DNA of 64,000 nt from an uncultured Woeseiaceae bacterium (GTDB taxonomy: Bacteria; Pseudomonadota; Gammaproteobacteria; Steroidobacterales; Woeseiaceae), in contig CAYUOY010000001.1 in assembly GCA_964446495.1 (NCBI GenBank), positions 17,735 through 81,734 of the forward strand, given 5' to 3'. The notes under the pieces were generated by a model. It had not been told where the DNA came from and made no database searches. It was given only the letters and a program-made list of their open reading frames with translations. Positions 55,525 to 64,000 of this stretch are shown piece by piece (the stretch's first letter is position 1; each line of letters opens with the position of its first letter). The translations under genes were made by a program, and so were the position numbers.

Positions 55525-58188
55525 ATGAGTGATTTCAGCCGATTTGACGACACGGATCCGACCGAAACCAGGGAGTGGCTAGAGTCTATTGACTCAGTAC
55601 TGCAGCAACATGGGCCGGACAGGGCGCATTATCTGTTGAACCAGATGATCGATTTCGCACGCCGCTCAGGTGCCTACCTGCCTTACAGTCCCAATACCGC
55701 CTACCTGAATACCATTCCCGTTGGGCGGCAACCGGAGTACCCCGGCGATCGCGCTATCGAGAAACGAATTGAGGCTTATATTCGCTGGAACGCCATTGCG
55801 ATGGTATTGCACGCGAATCGCGAGAGCACAGAGTTCGGTGGGCACATTTCCAGTTACGCCTCCTCAGCGACCCTGTACGAAGTAGGTTTCAATCATTTCT
55901 GGCGAGCGCCGACGGATGCGCACCTCGGCGATATGGTGTTCATGCAGGGACACTCCGCGCCAGGTATTTATTCCCGCGCCTTCCTTGAAGGGCGCCTGGA
56001 CGAAGCCAAACTCGATCGCTTCCGCAAGGAAGTCGGTGGGGGAGGGTTGTCGTCATATCCGCATCCGTGGCTGATGCCGGACTTCTGGCAGTTCCCGACG
56101 GTCTCCATGGGACTGGGGCCGATGATGGCGATTTACCAGGCACGCTTCATGCGTTACATGGAACATCGTGAAATGGTCGCGAAGAGCGATCGAAAAATAT
56201 GGTGTTACCTCGGCGATGGCGAGATGGATGAACCGGAGTCAATGGGTGCGATCACGATGCCCGTGCGGGAAGGTCTCGACAACCTGATCTTCGTCGTTAA
56301 CTGCAATTTGCAACGCCTTGACGGTCCCGTGCGCGGCAATGGCAAGATTATTCAGGAGCTGGAAGCCGCCTTTGGCGGTGCCGGTTGGAATGTCATCAAA
56401 GTAGTATGGGGGTCGCGCTGGGATCCCTTGCTGGCGAGAGATAATCAGGGTCTGCTGCGACGTACCATGGAAGAGTGTGTCGACGGTGAATACCAGAACT
56501 TCAAATCGAAAGATGGCGCCTATGTGCGGGAGCATTTCTTCGGGCGGCATCCGGAGACGCTGGCGATGGTCGCGAATATGTCGGACGACGATGTGTGGCG
56601 GCTCAATCGTGGCGGCCACGATGCGCGCAAGGTATATGCAGCCTATGACGCCGCGGTCAAGCATGAAGGCCGGCCGACGATCATTCTGGCCAAGACCGTC
56701 AAGGGATTCGGCATGGGTGGGGCGGGTGAAGGGCAGAATATCGCGCACCAGCAAAAGAAAATGGATATCGATGCGCTAAAGGAATTCAGGGATCGGTTCA
56801 ACATTCCCATTGCGGACAAGGACATCGCGGAAGTTCCCTATTTCAAGCCCGCTCCGGACAGTCCGGAGATGGAATATTTGCAGGAGCGTCGCCGTTCACT
56901 GGGCGGCTATTTGCCACAACGCCGTTCGAACCCCAAGCCTCTCACGGTGCCGCCGCTCGAAATGTTCAAGTCGCAACTGGAAGGTACGGGTGAGCGCGAA
57001 GCGTCAACGACGATGGCCTTTGTCCGTATCCTGACCGCACTGATGCGTGACAAGCAGATTGGCAAAAATATCGTGCCGATCGTGCCCGATGAAGCACGCA
57101 CCTTTGGCATGGAGGGCATGTTCCGGCAAGTCGGCATCTACTCCTCCAAAGGGCAGCTCTACACGCCACAGGATGCGGAGCAACTGATGTTCTACCGCGA
57201 GGATAAGAAGGGACAAATCCTGGAAGAGGGTATCAATGAGGGCGGGGCATTTTGTTCGTGGCTGGCGGCGGGAACCTCGTACAGCAATCATGATACGCAA
57301 ATGATCCCGTTCTACATTTATTATTCGATGTTCGGCTTTCAACGCATCGGCGATTTCATTTGGGCAGGCGGTGACCTGCAATCCCGAGGCTTTCTTATGG
57401 GAGGCACTGCCGGACGAACGACACTCGCTGGTGAGGGCTTGCAGCATCAGGACGGGCACAGCCTCGTTAATGCCTCGACCGTGCCAAATTGCGTGTCCTA
57501 TGACCCGACTTATGCCTACGAACTGGCCGTCATTATTCAGGATGGTTTGCGTCGCATGATCGGCGAGCAGGAAAACATTTTCTACTACATCACCTGCATG
57601 AACGAGAACTATGTACAGCCACCGATGCCGGCCGGCGTTGAAGACGGCATATTGCGTGGCATGTATTTGCTGCAGGTGGGCGGGCAGGGACAAATTCGAC
57701 CGCAACTGATGGGTTCCGGAACCATTCTCCGGGAGGTCCTCGGAGCGGCCGAACTTCTGATGGATGATTTTGGTCTGCCGTGCGACGTGTGGTCTGTGAC
57801 CAGTTTCAACGAGCTGCGCCGTGATGCACTCGAGACCGAACGCTGGAATCAGCTGCATCCGCAGGAAACGCCCAGGAAAAGTTACGTTGAGTCCTGTCTC
57901 GCCGAGCGAACCGGGCCTTATATAGCCGCCACCGATTACATGAAAATCGTGCCGGATCAGATACAACGTTGGGTACCCGGTCAGTTTGTCTCACTGGGTA
58001 CGGATGGCTATGGGCGCAGCGACGGCCGCGCCGCTTTGCGTGATCATTTCGAAGTGGACAAACGATACATTGCCGTAGCCGCCCTGAAGGCCCTGGCTGA
58101 CGACGGCGTACTTGATCAACAAACCGTCGCCAATGCGATTGAAAAATACGGTATCGATCCGGCGAAACCGGATCCGGTGAAGCTGTGA
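55525..58188 (+). CDS. aceE: pyruvate dehydrogenase E1 component (homodimeric type)
   Basis: 887 aa. ..DPTETREWLESIDSVL...RWNA.AMV..AN......GGHISSYASSATLYEVGFNHFWR.., ThDP motif ..YLGDGEMDEPES.. Confidence 0.95.
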   Translation: MSDFSRFDDTDPTETREWLESIDSVLQQHGPDRAHYLLNQMIDFARRSGAYLPYSPNTAYLNTIPVGRQPEYPGDRAIEKRIEAYIRWNAIAMVLHANRESTEFGGHISSYASSATLYEVGFNHFWRAPTDAHLGDMVFMQGHSAPGIYSRAFLEGRLDEAKLDRFRKEVGGGGLSSYPHPWLMPDFWQFPTVSMGLGPMMAIYQARFMRYMEHREMVAKSDRKIWCYLGDGEMDEPESMGAITMPVREGLDNLIFVVNCNLQRLDGPVRGNGKIIQELEAAFGGAGWNVIKVVWGSRWDPLLARDNQGLLRRTMEECVDGEYQNFKSKDGAYVREHFFGRHPETLAMVANMSDDDVWRLNRGGHDARKVYAAYDAAVKHEGRPTIILAKTVKGFGMGGAGEGQNIAHQQKKMDIDALKEFRDRFNIPIADKDIAEVPYFKPAPDSPEMEYLQERRRSLGGYLPQRRSNPKPLTVPPLEMFKSQLEGTGEREASTTMAFVRILTALMRDKQIGKNIVPIVPDEARTFGMEGMFRQVGIYSSKGQLYTPQDAEQLMFYREDKKGQILEEGINEGGAFCSWLAAGTSYSNHDTQMIPFYIYYSMFGFQRIGDFIWAGGDLQSRGFLMGGTAGRTTLAGEGLQHQDGHSLVNASTVPNCVSYDPTYAYELAVIIQDGLRRMIGEQENIFYYITCMNENYVQPPMPAGVEDGILRGMYLLQVGGQGQIRPQLMGSGTILREVLGAAELLMDDFGLPCDVWSVTSFNELRRDALETERWNQLHPQETPRKSYVESCLAERTGPYIAATDYMKIVPDQIQRWVPGQFVSLGTDGYGRSDGRAALRDHFEVDKRYIAVAALKALADDGVLDQQTVANAIEKYGIDPAKPDPVKL

Positions 58189-58208
58189 TTATGGGTCGGA
58201 GTAATTAA

Positions 58209-59846
58209 GTGGCGGACCAGATGGATATCGTAATCCCGGATCTCGGCGACTTCGAGGATGTAGAAGTCATCGAAGTGCTGGCGTCTGTCGGTGAGAAAGT
58301 CGCCAGAGAAGACGGTCTGATTACGCTGGAAACCGACAAGGCGTCGATTGATGTGCCAGCGCCGGTCGGGGGTGAAATTCTTGAACTTACCGTCAACGTA
58401 GGCGACCGGGTTTCCAGCGGCGATCGCATTGGCGCCATGTCGGTCGAGGTCGGTGACACGGTTCTGCTGACACCGGCGATTGAGGCGAAGATCTTGCAGG
58501 GTGAAACCACCGTGGTGGCACCCGATGATGCACTACCGCTGGCGGTGGCGAAAAAAGTGACCGTCGCTGTGCCGGATATTGGCGACTTCACCGACGTAGA
58601 GGTCATCGAGGTGCTCGTTTCCGTGGGTGACAAAGTCGATCTTGAAGATCCACTGCTGACACTGGAAACGGACAAGGCTGCCATGGATGTGCCGAGCACG
58701 ACCAGCGGTACCGTGGAGTCTGTGCTGGTCGCAGTCGGCGACACCGTTTCGGAAGGATCGCCTTTGGTGGTTGTCGATGCCGTAGTTGCAGCGCAGGTGA
58801 TGAGCGACCCGGCTGACAAAACGGTGGCGATTCGGACCGTGTCGGAAGTCGCCGCGAAAAAAGATAGTGTGGCCTCGCCAGCAGCACCGCCACCGACGTC
58901 GCAGACGAAGGGCCTGCCCGCCATAGACGAAGCGGGTTTCTCACGTGCACACGCGAGTCCCTCGGTGCGCAAGCTGGCGCGAGAGCTGGGTGTCGATCTG
59001 GTCCAGGTAAAGGGTTCAGGTGCAAAATCGCGCATTCTCCACGACGACGTAAAAGCCTTCGTCAAGAAAATTCTAAGTGGCGATATCACGACGCCTGGCG
59101 GCGGCTTGCCCAAAGTACCTTCTGTTGATTTTGCCAAGTTTGGCCCGATTGACCTGCAACCATTGACACGCATTCAGAAGATATCGGGGCCTCGCTTGCA
59201 GGCGAGCTGGATCAACCTGCCGCACGTCACGCAACATGATCTGGCGGACATTACTGAGCTCGAAGCACGACGCCAGCAGTTGAAGGGACCGGCCAAAGAG
59301 CGCGGCATTAGTCTGACACCGCTGGCCTTTATCCTGAAAGCCTGTGTGGCGGCGCTAAAAGAGTATCCAAAGGTGAACGCGTCCCTGACAGAAGACGGTA
59401 AATCACTGGCGTACAAAGAATACTGTCATCTTGGTTTCGCCGCTGAGACGGAAAACGGATTGATGGTGCCCGTCATTCGCGATGCGGACAAGAAAGACGT
59501 TTACGAGTTGGCCCAGGAACTGGCCGAACTCTCACGGGCGGCGCGCGAAGGCAAACTGAAAGCCGATCAGATGCAAGGGGCAAGTTTCACCATTTCGAGC
59601 CTCGGTGGCATCGGTGGAACGGCGTTCACGCCAATCGTCAACGCACCAGAGGTTGCCATACTGGGCGTATCGCGTTCTACCATGCAGCCGGTCTGGAGTG
59701 GGTCCGAGTTTGAACCGCGCCTGATGTTGCCGGTGTCTTTTTCCTACGATCATCGAGTGATCGATGGTGCCTATGCCGTTCGATTTACCACCTTCCTCGG
59801 TAAGACGTTGGCGGACGTCGATGGCCTGCTGCAGGCGATTCCCTAG
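58209..59846 (+). CDS. aceF: dihydrolipoamide acetyltransferase (E2) with two lipoyl domains
   Basis: Two lipoyl-lysine motifs (..LITLETDKASIDVPAP.. and ..LLTLETDKAAMDVPST..). E3-binding segment SPSVRKLARELGVDL. Catalytic ..SYDHRVIDGA... GTG 58209 follows GGAG with a 7-nt spacer. Confidence 0.9.
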   Translation: MADQMDIVIPDLGDFEDVEVIEVLASVGEKVAREDGLITLETDKASIDVPAPVGGEILELTVNVGDRVSSGDRIGAMSVEVGDTVLLTPAIEAKILQGETTVVAPDDALPLAVAKKVTVAVPDIGDFTDVEVIEVLVSVGDKVDLEDPLLTLETDKAAMDVPSTTSGTVESVLVAVGDTVSEGSPLVVVDAVVAAQVMSDPADKTVAIRTVSEVAAKKDSVASPAAPPPTSQTKGLPAIDEAGFSRAHASPSVRKLARELGVDLVQVKGSGAKSRILHDDVKAFVKKILSGDITTPGGGLPKVPSVDFAKFGPIDLQPLTRIQKISGPRLQASWINLPHVTQHDLADITELEARRQQLKGPAKERGISLTPLAFILKACVAALKEYPKVNASLTEDGKSLAYKEYCHLGFAAETENGLMVPVIRDADKKDVYELAQELAELSRAAREGKLKADQMQGASFTISSLGGIGGTAFTPIVNAPEVAILGVSRSTMQPVWSGSEFEPRLMLPVSFSYDHRVIDGAYAVRFTTFLGKTLADVDGLLQAIP

Positions 59847-61357
59847 TGAGCGACGAAACGCACGATGCAACCATCGTCATGGATGCGATTGAGCAAGAGG
59901 ATATCTTGTCTGCGGCGGCCACGATTAAGCAAGAAGTGCTCAAGCCAGAGTCCAATACGGCACATAACGCAGAGCTGGTGGTCATAGGTTCCGGTCCGGG
60001 TGGCTATACGGCCGCATTTCGTGCCGCCGACCTCGGCCTGCAGGTCACATTGGTCGAGCGCTACCCGATCCTTGGGGGCGTTTGCCTGAATGTCGGCTGT
60101 ATTCCCTCCAAAGCATTACTGCATGCTGCAAAAGTGATCGACGAAACGGCAGCGATGGCGGCGCATGGTGTGGTTTTCGGCAAACCTGACATCGATGTCG
60201 TGGCATTGGGGGATTGGAAGAATAGCGTGGTGTCGCGGCTGACCGGTGGCCTGAAGCAGCTGGCCAGGCAGCGTAAAGTCACGGTAATTCAAGGAACTGC
60301 AAAGTTCGAAAGCGCCAATCGCCTGCGGCTGGACAATGGCGACACGATTGATTTTCAGAAATGCATTATCGCGGCGGGTTCGCAGAGTGCACGTATTCCC
60401 GGTCTTCCGGACGATCCGCGCATCGTCAATTCAAGCGGTGCTCTTGAACTCGACCCATTGCCGAAAAGACTGCTTGTCGTCGGCGGTGGAATCATCGGTT
60501 TGGAGATGGCCTGTGTTTATAGCGCGCTCGGCGTCGAGGTCAGCGTCGTTGAGCTCATGGATTCGCTCATGCCAGGCACAGATCCGGACCTGGTGCGGCC
60601 GTTTCAAAAAATCATCAAGAAGCGCTATGACAGCATCATGCTCGGCACGAAAGTTACCGGCATGGAGGCCAAAGTTCCCGGAATTGAAGTCAGTTTTGAG
60701 GGCGCCAACGCGCCGATAGCGCAAGTGTACGATCGTGTGCTCATCGCTGTTGGCCGACGTGCCAACGGCGATCAGCTGGATGCCGACAAAGCGGGCGTAG
60801 CTGTTGGTGAACGCGGTGTTATCCAAGTGAACAAGCAGATGCAAACCAACATAGCGCATATTTTTGCCATCGGTGATCTGGTGCCAGGCCCCATGCTCGC
60901 TCACAAAGCATCGCATGAAGCGAAAGTCGCCGCAGAAGTGGCGGCCGGTGAGAAAAGCGCATTCGATGTTCGCACTATTCCCTCGGTTGCCTACACGGAC
61001 CCGGAGATTGCCTGGGTCGGTCTTACGGAGACAGAAGCGAAGCGCGACGGTATAGCTTACGAGAAGGCCCAGTTCCCCTGGGCCGCGAGCGGTCGGGCAT
61101 TATCGCTGGCACGCGACGAAGGCTTCACCAAGCTGTTGTTTGATAAAACCAGCGGACGCGTGCTCGGCGGTGGCATCGTCGGACCCGGAGCAGGAGACTT
61201 GATTGCAGAGGTCGGTCTGGCGGTGGAAATGGGGGCGGATGCAACCGATATCGGTATGACCATTCATCCACATCCGACGCTATCCGAAACTATCGCTTTT
61301 GCCGCCGAAGCGTTTGAGGGCACCCTGACGGATCTCTATATGCCGAAGAAGCGATAA
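59846..61357 (+). CDS. lpdA: dihydrolipoyl dehydrogenase (E3)
   Basis: ..LVVIGSGPGGYTAAFRAADLGLQVTLVERYPILGGVCLNVGCIPSKALLH.. (FAD motif and redox-active CxxxxC). The start is uncertain: the track GTG 59846 overlaps the aceF stop and gives a ~38-aa N-terminal extension; in-frame ATG 59879 and GTG 59936 are alternatives. Confidence 0.9.
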   Translation: MSDETHDATIVMDAIEQEDILSAAATIKQEVLKPESNTAHNAELVVIGSGPGGYTAAFRAADLGLQVTLVERYPILGGVCLNVGCIPSKALLHAAKVIDETAAMAAHGVVFGKPDIDVVALGDWKNSVVSRLTGGLKQLARQRKVTVIQGTAKFESANRLRLDNGDTIDFQKCIIAAGSQSARIPGLPDDPRIVNSSGALELDPLPKRLLVVGGGIIGLEMACVYSALGVEVSVVELMDSLMPGTDPDLVRPFQKIIKKRYDSIMLGTKVTGMEAKVPGIEVSFEGANAPIAQVYDRVLIAVGRRANGDQLDADKAGVAVGERGVIQVNKQMQTNIAHIFAIGDLVPGPMLAHKASHEAKVAAEVAAGEKSAFDVRTIPSVAYTDPEIAWVGLTETEAKRDGIAYEKAQFPWAASGRALSLARDEGFTKLLFDKTSGRVLGGGIVGPGAGDLIAEVGLAVEMGADATDIGMTIHPHPTLSETIAFAAEAFEGTLTDLYMPKKR

Positions 61358-61416
61358 ACCAGAAGGAAACTGGCAAGTTGTTGATGGAGCCTTTGAAGTC
61401 CGTACATTGTGTGCCG

Positions 61417-61454
61417 AAAAAAACAGGGCCGCTTTTCGCGGCCCTGCTAAAATT
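61417..61454. terminator. bidirectional intrinsic terminator between lpdA and the DoxX gene
   Basis: CAGGGCCGC-ttttc-GCGGCCCTG perfect 9-bp hairpin flanked by an A-run upstream and a T-containing run downstream, between convergent genes. Confidence 0.75.
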
Positions 61455-61478
61455 ACATACGGCGACTGAATAAGGCCC

Positions 61479-62078
61479 TTAGCCGCTGCTCCTGGAAAAA
61501 CGCGCAGCAATTAAATGATCTACGCTGAGCTTGCCGGCGCCGGTAAAAAACAGTGCCAGCAGCATGATGAAATAGGTTGCAGCCCACTCGATTCCATTGT
61601 TTGAGACGACAAAATTTCCAGTCTCGGTCAACCACTCATAGTTGCCGTTGGCTTTCAGCAAATCTTTCGCCTTGTCCAATCGGTCGATCGCGCCCAGGGC
61701 ACTCTCATTGGCGAAAGGACTCATCGGATCGGCGATGGCCTGCCAGCCATGTTTCCAATGTACGCTGAAAATGGCGACCAGCATGGTGACCATCAGCGGG
61801 ATGGAGAACCAGCGTGTGCCGAGACCGATAAGCAGCGCGATAGCCCCGAGAACCTCTGAACCAACCGCCATCCATGCCAGTAGAGTCGGGAAGGGCAAGC
61901 CCAGTCCCCAGTCGGGGTTGCCGAACCAGGCGATTACATTATCCATGCCGTCAAGTTTGTTGGTTCCGGCCGTCCAGAAAACGGGTACCAGGTACAGCCT
62001 TAGTGCCAGCGGTCCGAGAAAGTCGACCGCTTTGGTCGAATTCATCCAGCCCTGCAAGCGAATGAGAAATTGCATCAT
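61479..62078 (-). CDS. DoxX-family membrane protein (of the type linked to DUF692/DUF2063 RiPP-maturation clusters)
   Basis: ..LALRLYLVPVFWTAGTNKL...GLPFPTLLAWMAVGSEVLGAIALLIGLGTRWFSIPLMVTMLVAI.. Last gene of the co-directional DUF692-DUF2063-DoxX block. Confidence 0.75.
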   Translation of the reverse strand: MMQFLIRLQGWMNSTKAVDFLGPLALRLYLVPVFWTAGTNKLDGMDNVIAWFGNPDWGLGLPFPTLLAWMAVGSEVLGAIALLIGLGTRWFSIPLMVTMLVAIFSVHWKHGWQAIADPMSPFANESALGAIDRLDKAKDLLKANGNYEWLTETGNFVVSNNGIEWAATYFIMLLALFFTGAGKLSVDHLIAARFSRSSG

Positions 62079-62138
62079 TTTGTCTCCGTTTGAGTGAATT
62101 GTTGTTAGTAGAGGCAGCGTTCGTTCGAGCGGCGGCGT

Positions 62139-62909
62139 CTATGCTTCGATCCGCGTGCCGATAAGAATTTCCGCATCCCGCATTTCCCGCAGGACGGTCG
62201 CACCATGCTTGATCAGGGCCGCCGGGTCGGGATAAGCAATTTCCGCGGCCAGTGCCTCGAGGAGTTCACGTCCACTGCGGGTATCATTTTCACCGACGAG
62301 TTCGAGCAGTCGAGCGGTGACGGGGTTCAATTCCATAAAACCCAGTTCGTCGTCCGCGCGGCGGTAAATGACCATGAACGTGGGTTGGTCACCCGCCTCA
62401 TCGGGTTGATAGGATTCCGAAATACGGTGTACCGGAAAACGATAGGTTAACGGCCACGCAAGCGTCGACTGCACCGGGATTCCTGCCAGCAGATCACCAT
62501 CGCCGTCGAGCATTTGATCATCGTTCGACTCCTCCGAAACCGACAGCGCGAGTTCGACCCATTCATAGTGAGCCAACTCCAGCAGAAACGGGAAATCATC
62601 AGCACCGGGTTCGTATTCATTCTCCAGGAAAGCCAGAAACTCCTTTGGGATTTCAAGGAAATAAGGTGTTTCCGCCTGATGGGTGATCATGAATTGACGA
62701 ATAAAGGATTGCCATTTCTCGTGACTGTGCAGTTTCGTCAGCACCGGGAACGTACTACTCAAAAGTTTTGACAGGTTATTGAAAAACAGCTCGCGGTAGA
62801 TCGCCATGCGGCGATCTTCGATTTCGATTGGTGCCGGGTTGTTGTCCGGGTCGCGTATATGCGCGGCAAAAGCGTACTGCTTCTTTTGAAAATCGGGAGT
62901 CTCAGCCAC
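62139..62909 (-). CDS. DUF2063-family protein (partner of MNIO enzymes; HvfC/BufC-like)
   Basis: ..FQKKQYAFAAHIRDPDNNPAPIEIEDRRMAIYRELFFNNLSKLLSSTFPVL... is the typical DUF2063 N-terminus. GTG 62909 overlaps the DUF692 stop by 8 nt. Confidence 0.75.
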   Translation of the reverse strand: MAETPDFQKKQYAFAAHIRDPDNNPAPIEIEDRRMAIYRELFFNNLSKLLSSTFPVLTKLHSHEKWQSFIRQFMITHQAETPYFLEIPKEFLAFLENEYEPGADDFPFLLELAHYEWVELALSVSEESNDDQMLDGDGDLLAGIPVQSTLAWPLTYRFPVHRISESYQPDEAGDQPTFMVIYRRADDELGFMELNPVTARLLELVGENDTRSGRELLEALAAEIAYPDPAALIKHGATVLREMRDAEILIGTRIEA

Positions 62910-63774
62910 CGACAGCCTCCGCGGCCCGATTCAGACCGGCGTCTTCCTGCATCGTCTTGATGCGCCGAACTTCGGCCAGCAGGTCCGCCATGGGTGGAAA
63001 ATTGAAATCGCGTTCCAACAGTGTAGGGACCGGCCCAAATTGCGCGTAGGCCTCTCCCAGGAGGTTCCAGACAGGGTCGATGACGGCATCACCGTGGGTA
63101 TCTATGCGCAGATCTTCCGCTTCGACATAATGGCCTGCCAGATGGAAATAACTGATTCGCTCTGCCGGCATGGAGAGCAGGAATTCTTTGGCGTCGTAGC
63201 GATGGTTGATGCTGTTGACGACAATATTGTTGATATCCAGTAACAGGTCGCAATCGGCTTCTTCAATGACCGCTTTAAGAAAATCAGCCTCGGTCATCGA
63301 GGTATCGGTGGGCGCGTAATAAGACACATTTTCGATCGCCATGCGCTGTTCCAGAATATCCTGGACGCGTTCGATGCGTGCCGCGACATATTTAACCGAA
63401 TCTTCGGTAAAGGGGATTGGCATCAGATCATAAAGCTGGCCGTCGTCGCCACAGTAACTCAGATGTTCCGAATAGAAACCAATATCATGCTCGCGCATGA
63501 ATGCTTTGATATCGCGGACCAGGGTCTCATTGAGAGGTGACGGTGCCCCGATGCTGAGCGACAAACCATGCACAAGAACCGGGTAGCGTTCAGTAAAAAA
63601 GCGGAATTTTTTGCCGAGCTTGCCACCTACATGGATCCAGTTCTCCGGCGCCACTTCCATGAAGTCGACTTCTGCGGGCGGATCTTCCATCAATTTGTCA
63701 ATGAAGCCCCGTCGCAGACCTAGACCTGCACCAGAGACCGGGTAGTTTTTCGTTTCTGTGGCCATGGAATTCAA
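62902..63774 (-). CDS. DUF692/UPF0276 multinuclear non-heme iron oxidase (MNIO; MbnB/HvfB/BufB-like)
   Basis: ..GAGLGLRRGF..FMEVAPENW......YPVLVHGLSLSIG....L.......SEHLSYC....LYDLMPIPFTEDSV..V..RIERVQDIL....AIENVSYY..........EADFL......DC.LLLDINNIVVNS.NH......FL.....RISYFHLAGH......IDTHG..V...VW.L......GPVPTLLERD.N.P.. is the full-length family pattern. The track start is TTG 63774; ATG 63765 is more likely. Confidence 0.85.
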   Translation of the reverse strand: MNSMATETKNYPVSGAGLGLRRGFIDKLMEDPPAEVDFMEVAPENWIHVGGKLGKKFRFFTERYPVLVHGLSLSIGAPSPLNETLVRDIKAFMREHDIGFYSEHLSYCGDDGQLYDLMPIPFTEDSVKYVAARIERVQDILEQRMAIENVSYYAPTDTSMTEADFLKAVIEEADCDLLLDINNIVVNSINHRYDAKEFLLSMPAERISYFHLAGHYVEAEDLRIDTHGDAVIDPVWNLLGEAYAQFGPVPTLLERDFNFPPMADLLAEVRRIKTMQEDAGLNRAAEAVGG

Positions 63775-63854
63775 TACATTAGCGGTGAATGGAATCCTCC
63801 TATTAGACCACGCACCGGGCCGGATTATTACAATGTCCGGGCAAGCGAAGCCTG

Positions 63855-64000
63855 TCAGGCTAACTGCCGGAGTCTCTCTACATACCTGGCCTCGTCAGGC
63901 ATAGCGTTTGCGGCCTGGGCCTCCCAGAGCGTTTCGGCCAGCGCTTCCAGCATCTGGTGTTCAGCGGCATGCGGATCGCCGCGCTTGCGCGTCAGATCGC
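63855..64000 (-). CDS. 3' end of an unidentified gene (runs out of the window)
   Basis: The minus-strand frame is open to the window edge. It ends ..DLTRKRGDPHAAEHQMLEALAETLWEAQAANAMPDEARYVERLRQLA with stop at 63855-63857. No cysteines and no family assignment possible. Confidence 0.35.
   Translation of the reverse strand, partial: DLTRKRGDPHAAEHQMLEALAETLWEAQAANAMPDEARYVERLRQLA

Noticed and set aside
58205-59173. A 322-aa Ser/Thr/Ala-rich ORF antisense to aceF. Similar long antisense ORFs occur at 166-951 (maeB), 57004-57966 (aceE), 15918-16715 and 13762-14373 (asmA-like), 49221-49946 (GGDEF-EAL), 9413-10018 (tctA) and 50925-51512 (nadC).
   Set aside because: These are shadow ORFs on the opposite strand of strongly supported genes in GC-rich DNA. 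Their composition is low-complexity or biased and they have no recognisable motifs.
59846-59975. An apparent ~38-aa N-terminal extension of LpdA, read as a possible extra domain
   Set aside because: It is too short for a lipoyl domain and has no motif. It is most simply explained by start-codon uncertainty, because in-frame ATG 59879 and GTG 59936 exist.
1-64000. A window-wide look for CRISPR arrays, IS elements, toxin-antitoxin pairs, restriction-modification or other defence-island gene content
   Set aside because: I found no regularly spaced direct repeats, no transposase or integrase-like translations and no nuclease/methylase/ATPase defence-type gene clusters. The content is housekeeping, envelope and pilus genes.

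Overview
This is a chromosomal segment of a moderately GC-rich gammaproteobacterium. The gene order ispB-rplU-rpmA-obg-rpsT-murJ-ribF-lspA-pilE...fimU-fimT mirrors the Pseudomonas aeruginosa arrangement. I can support about 58 protein-coding genes, two gene relics, two tRNAs (Pro-CGG and Thr-CGT), a few intrinsic terminators and a few tentative regulatory sites. I saw no rRNA, CRISPR array, transposase, integrase or phage genes. From left to right the window holds the following. (1) maeB (5' truncated) and a decayed galK/galT relic. (2) Two divergent paralogous phosphoribosyltransferases and a secreted orphan protein. (3) A minus-strand organosulfur block: the tctCBA transporter, metC, a cysteine-dioxygenase-like cupin and a multi-rhodanese protein. 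(4) A PLP dehydratase and pdxH. (5) An envelope-lipid operon: a 1298-aa AsmA-like protein, an extended MipA-like outer-membrane protein and a SYLF protein. (6) An orphan histidine kinase whose H-box reads Asn instead of His, a beta-barrel protein, an AraC regulator, two orphans and a desaturase. (7) tRNA-Pro, ispB, rplU (with a Lys/Ala-rich tail), rpmA, obg, rpsT, murJ, ribF (its kinase domain looks degenerate) and lspA. (8) An 11.4-kb type IV pilus minor-pilin operon. (9) A Cys-less Fur-family regulator, tRNA-Thr, an adenine-deaminase-type enzyme, a large lipoprotein, a PAS-GGDEF-EAL protein, nadC, a BON protein, grxD, rnt and an M17 peptidase. (10) aceE-aceF-lpdA. (11) At the right edge, a DUF692(MNIO)-DUF2063-DoxX RiPP-maturation-type cluster with no visible precursor gene. 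The best candidate for something undescribed is in the pilus operon. A two-gene module, a signal-peptide CxxC mini-protein followed by a vWA/propeller PilY1, is present twice in tandem between pilX and pilE. Secondary candidates are the precursor-less MNIO cluster, the transporter-linked C-S lyase/dioxygenase/rhodanese block and the AsmA-like/MipA-PagL-like/SYLF operon. All calls come from reading the translations and the DNA by eye, with no searches run. Start codons are often uncertain by a few codons.
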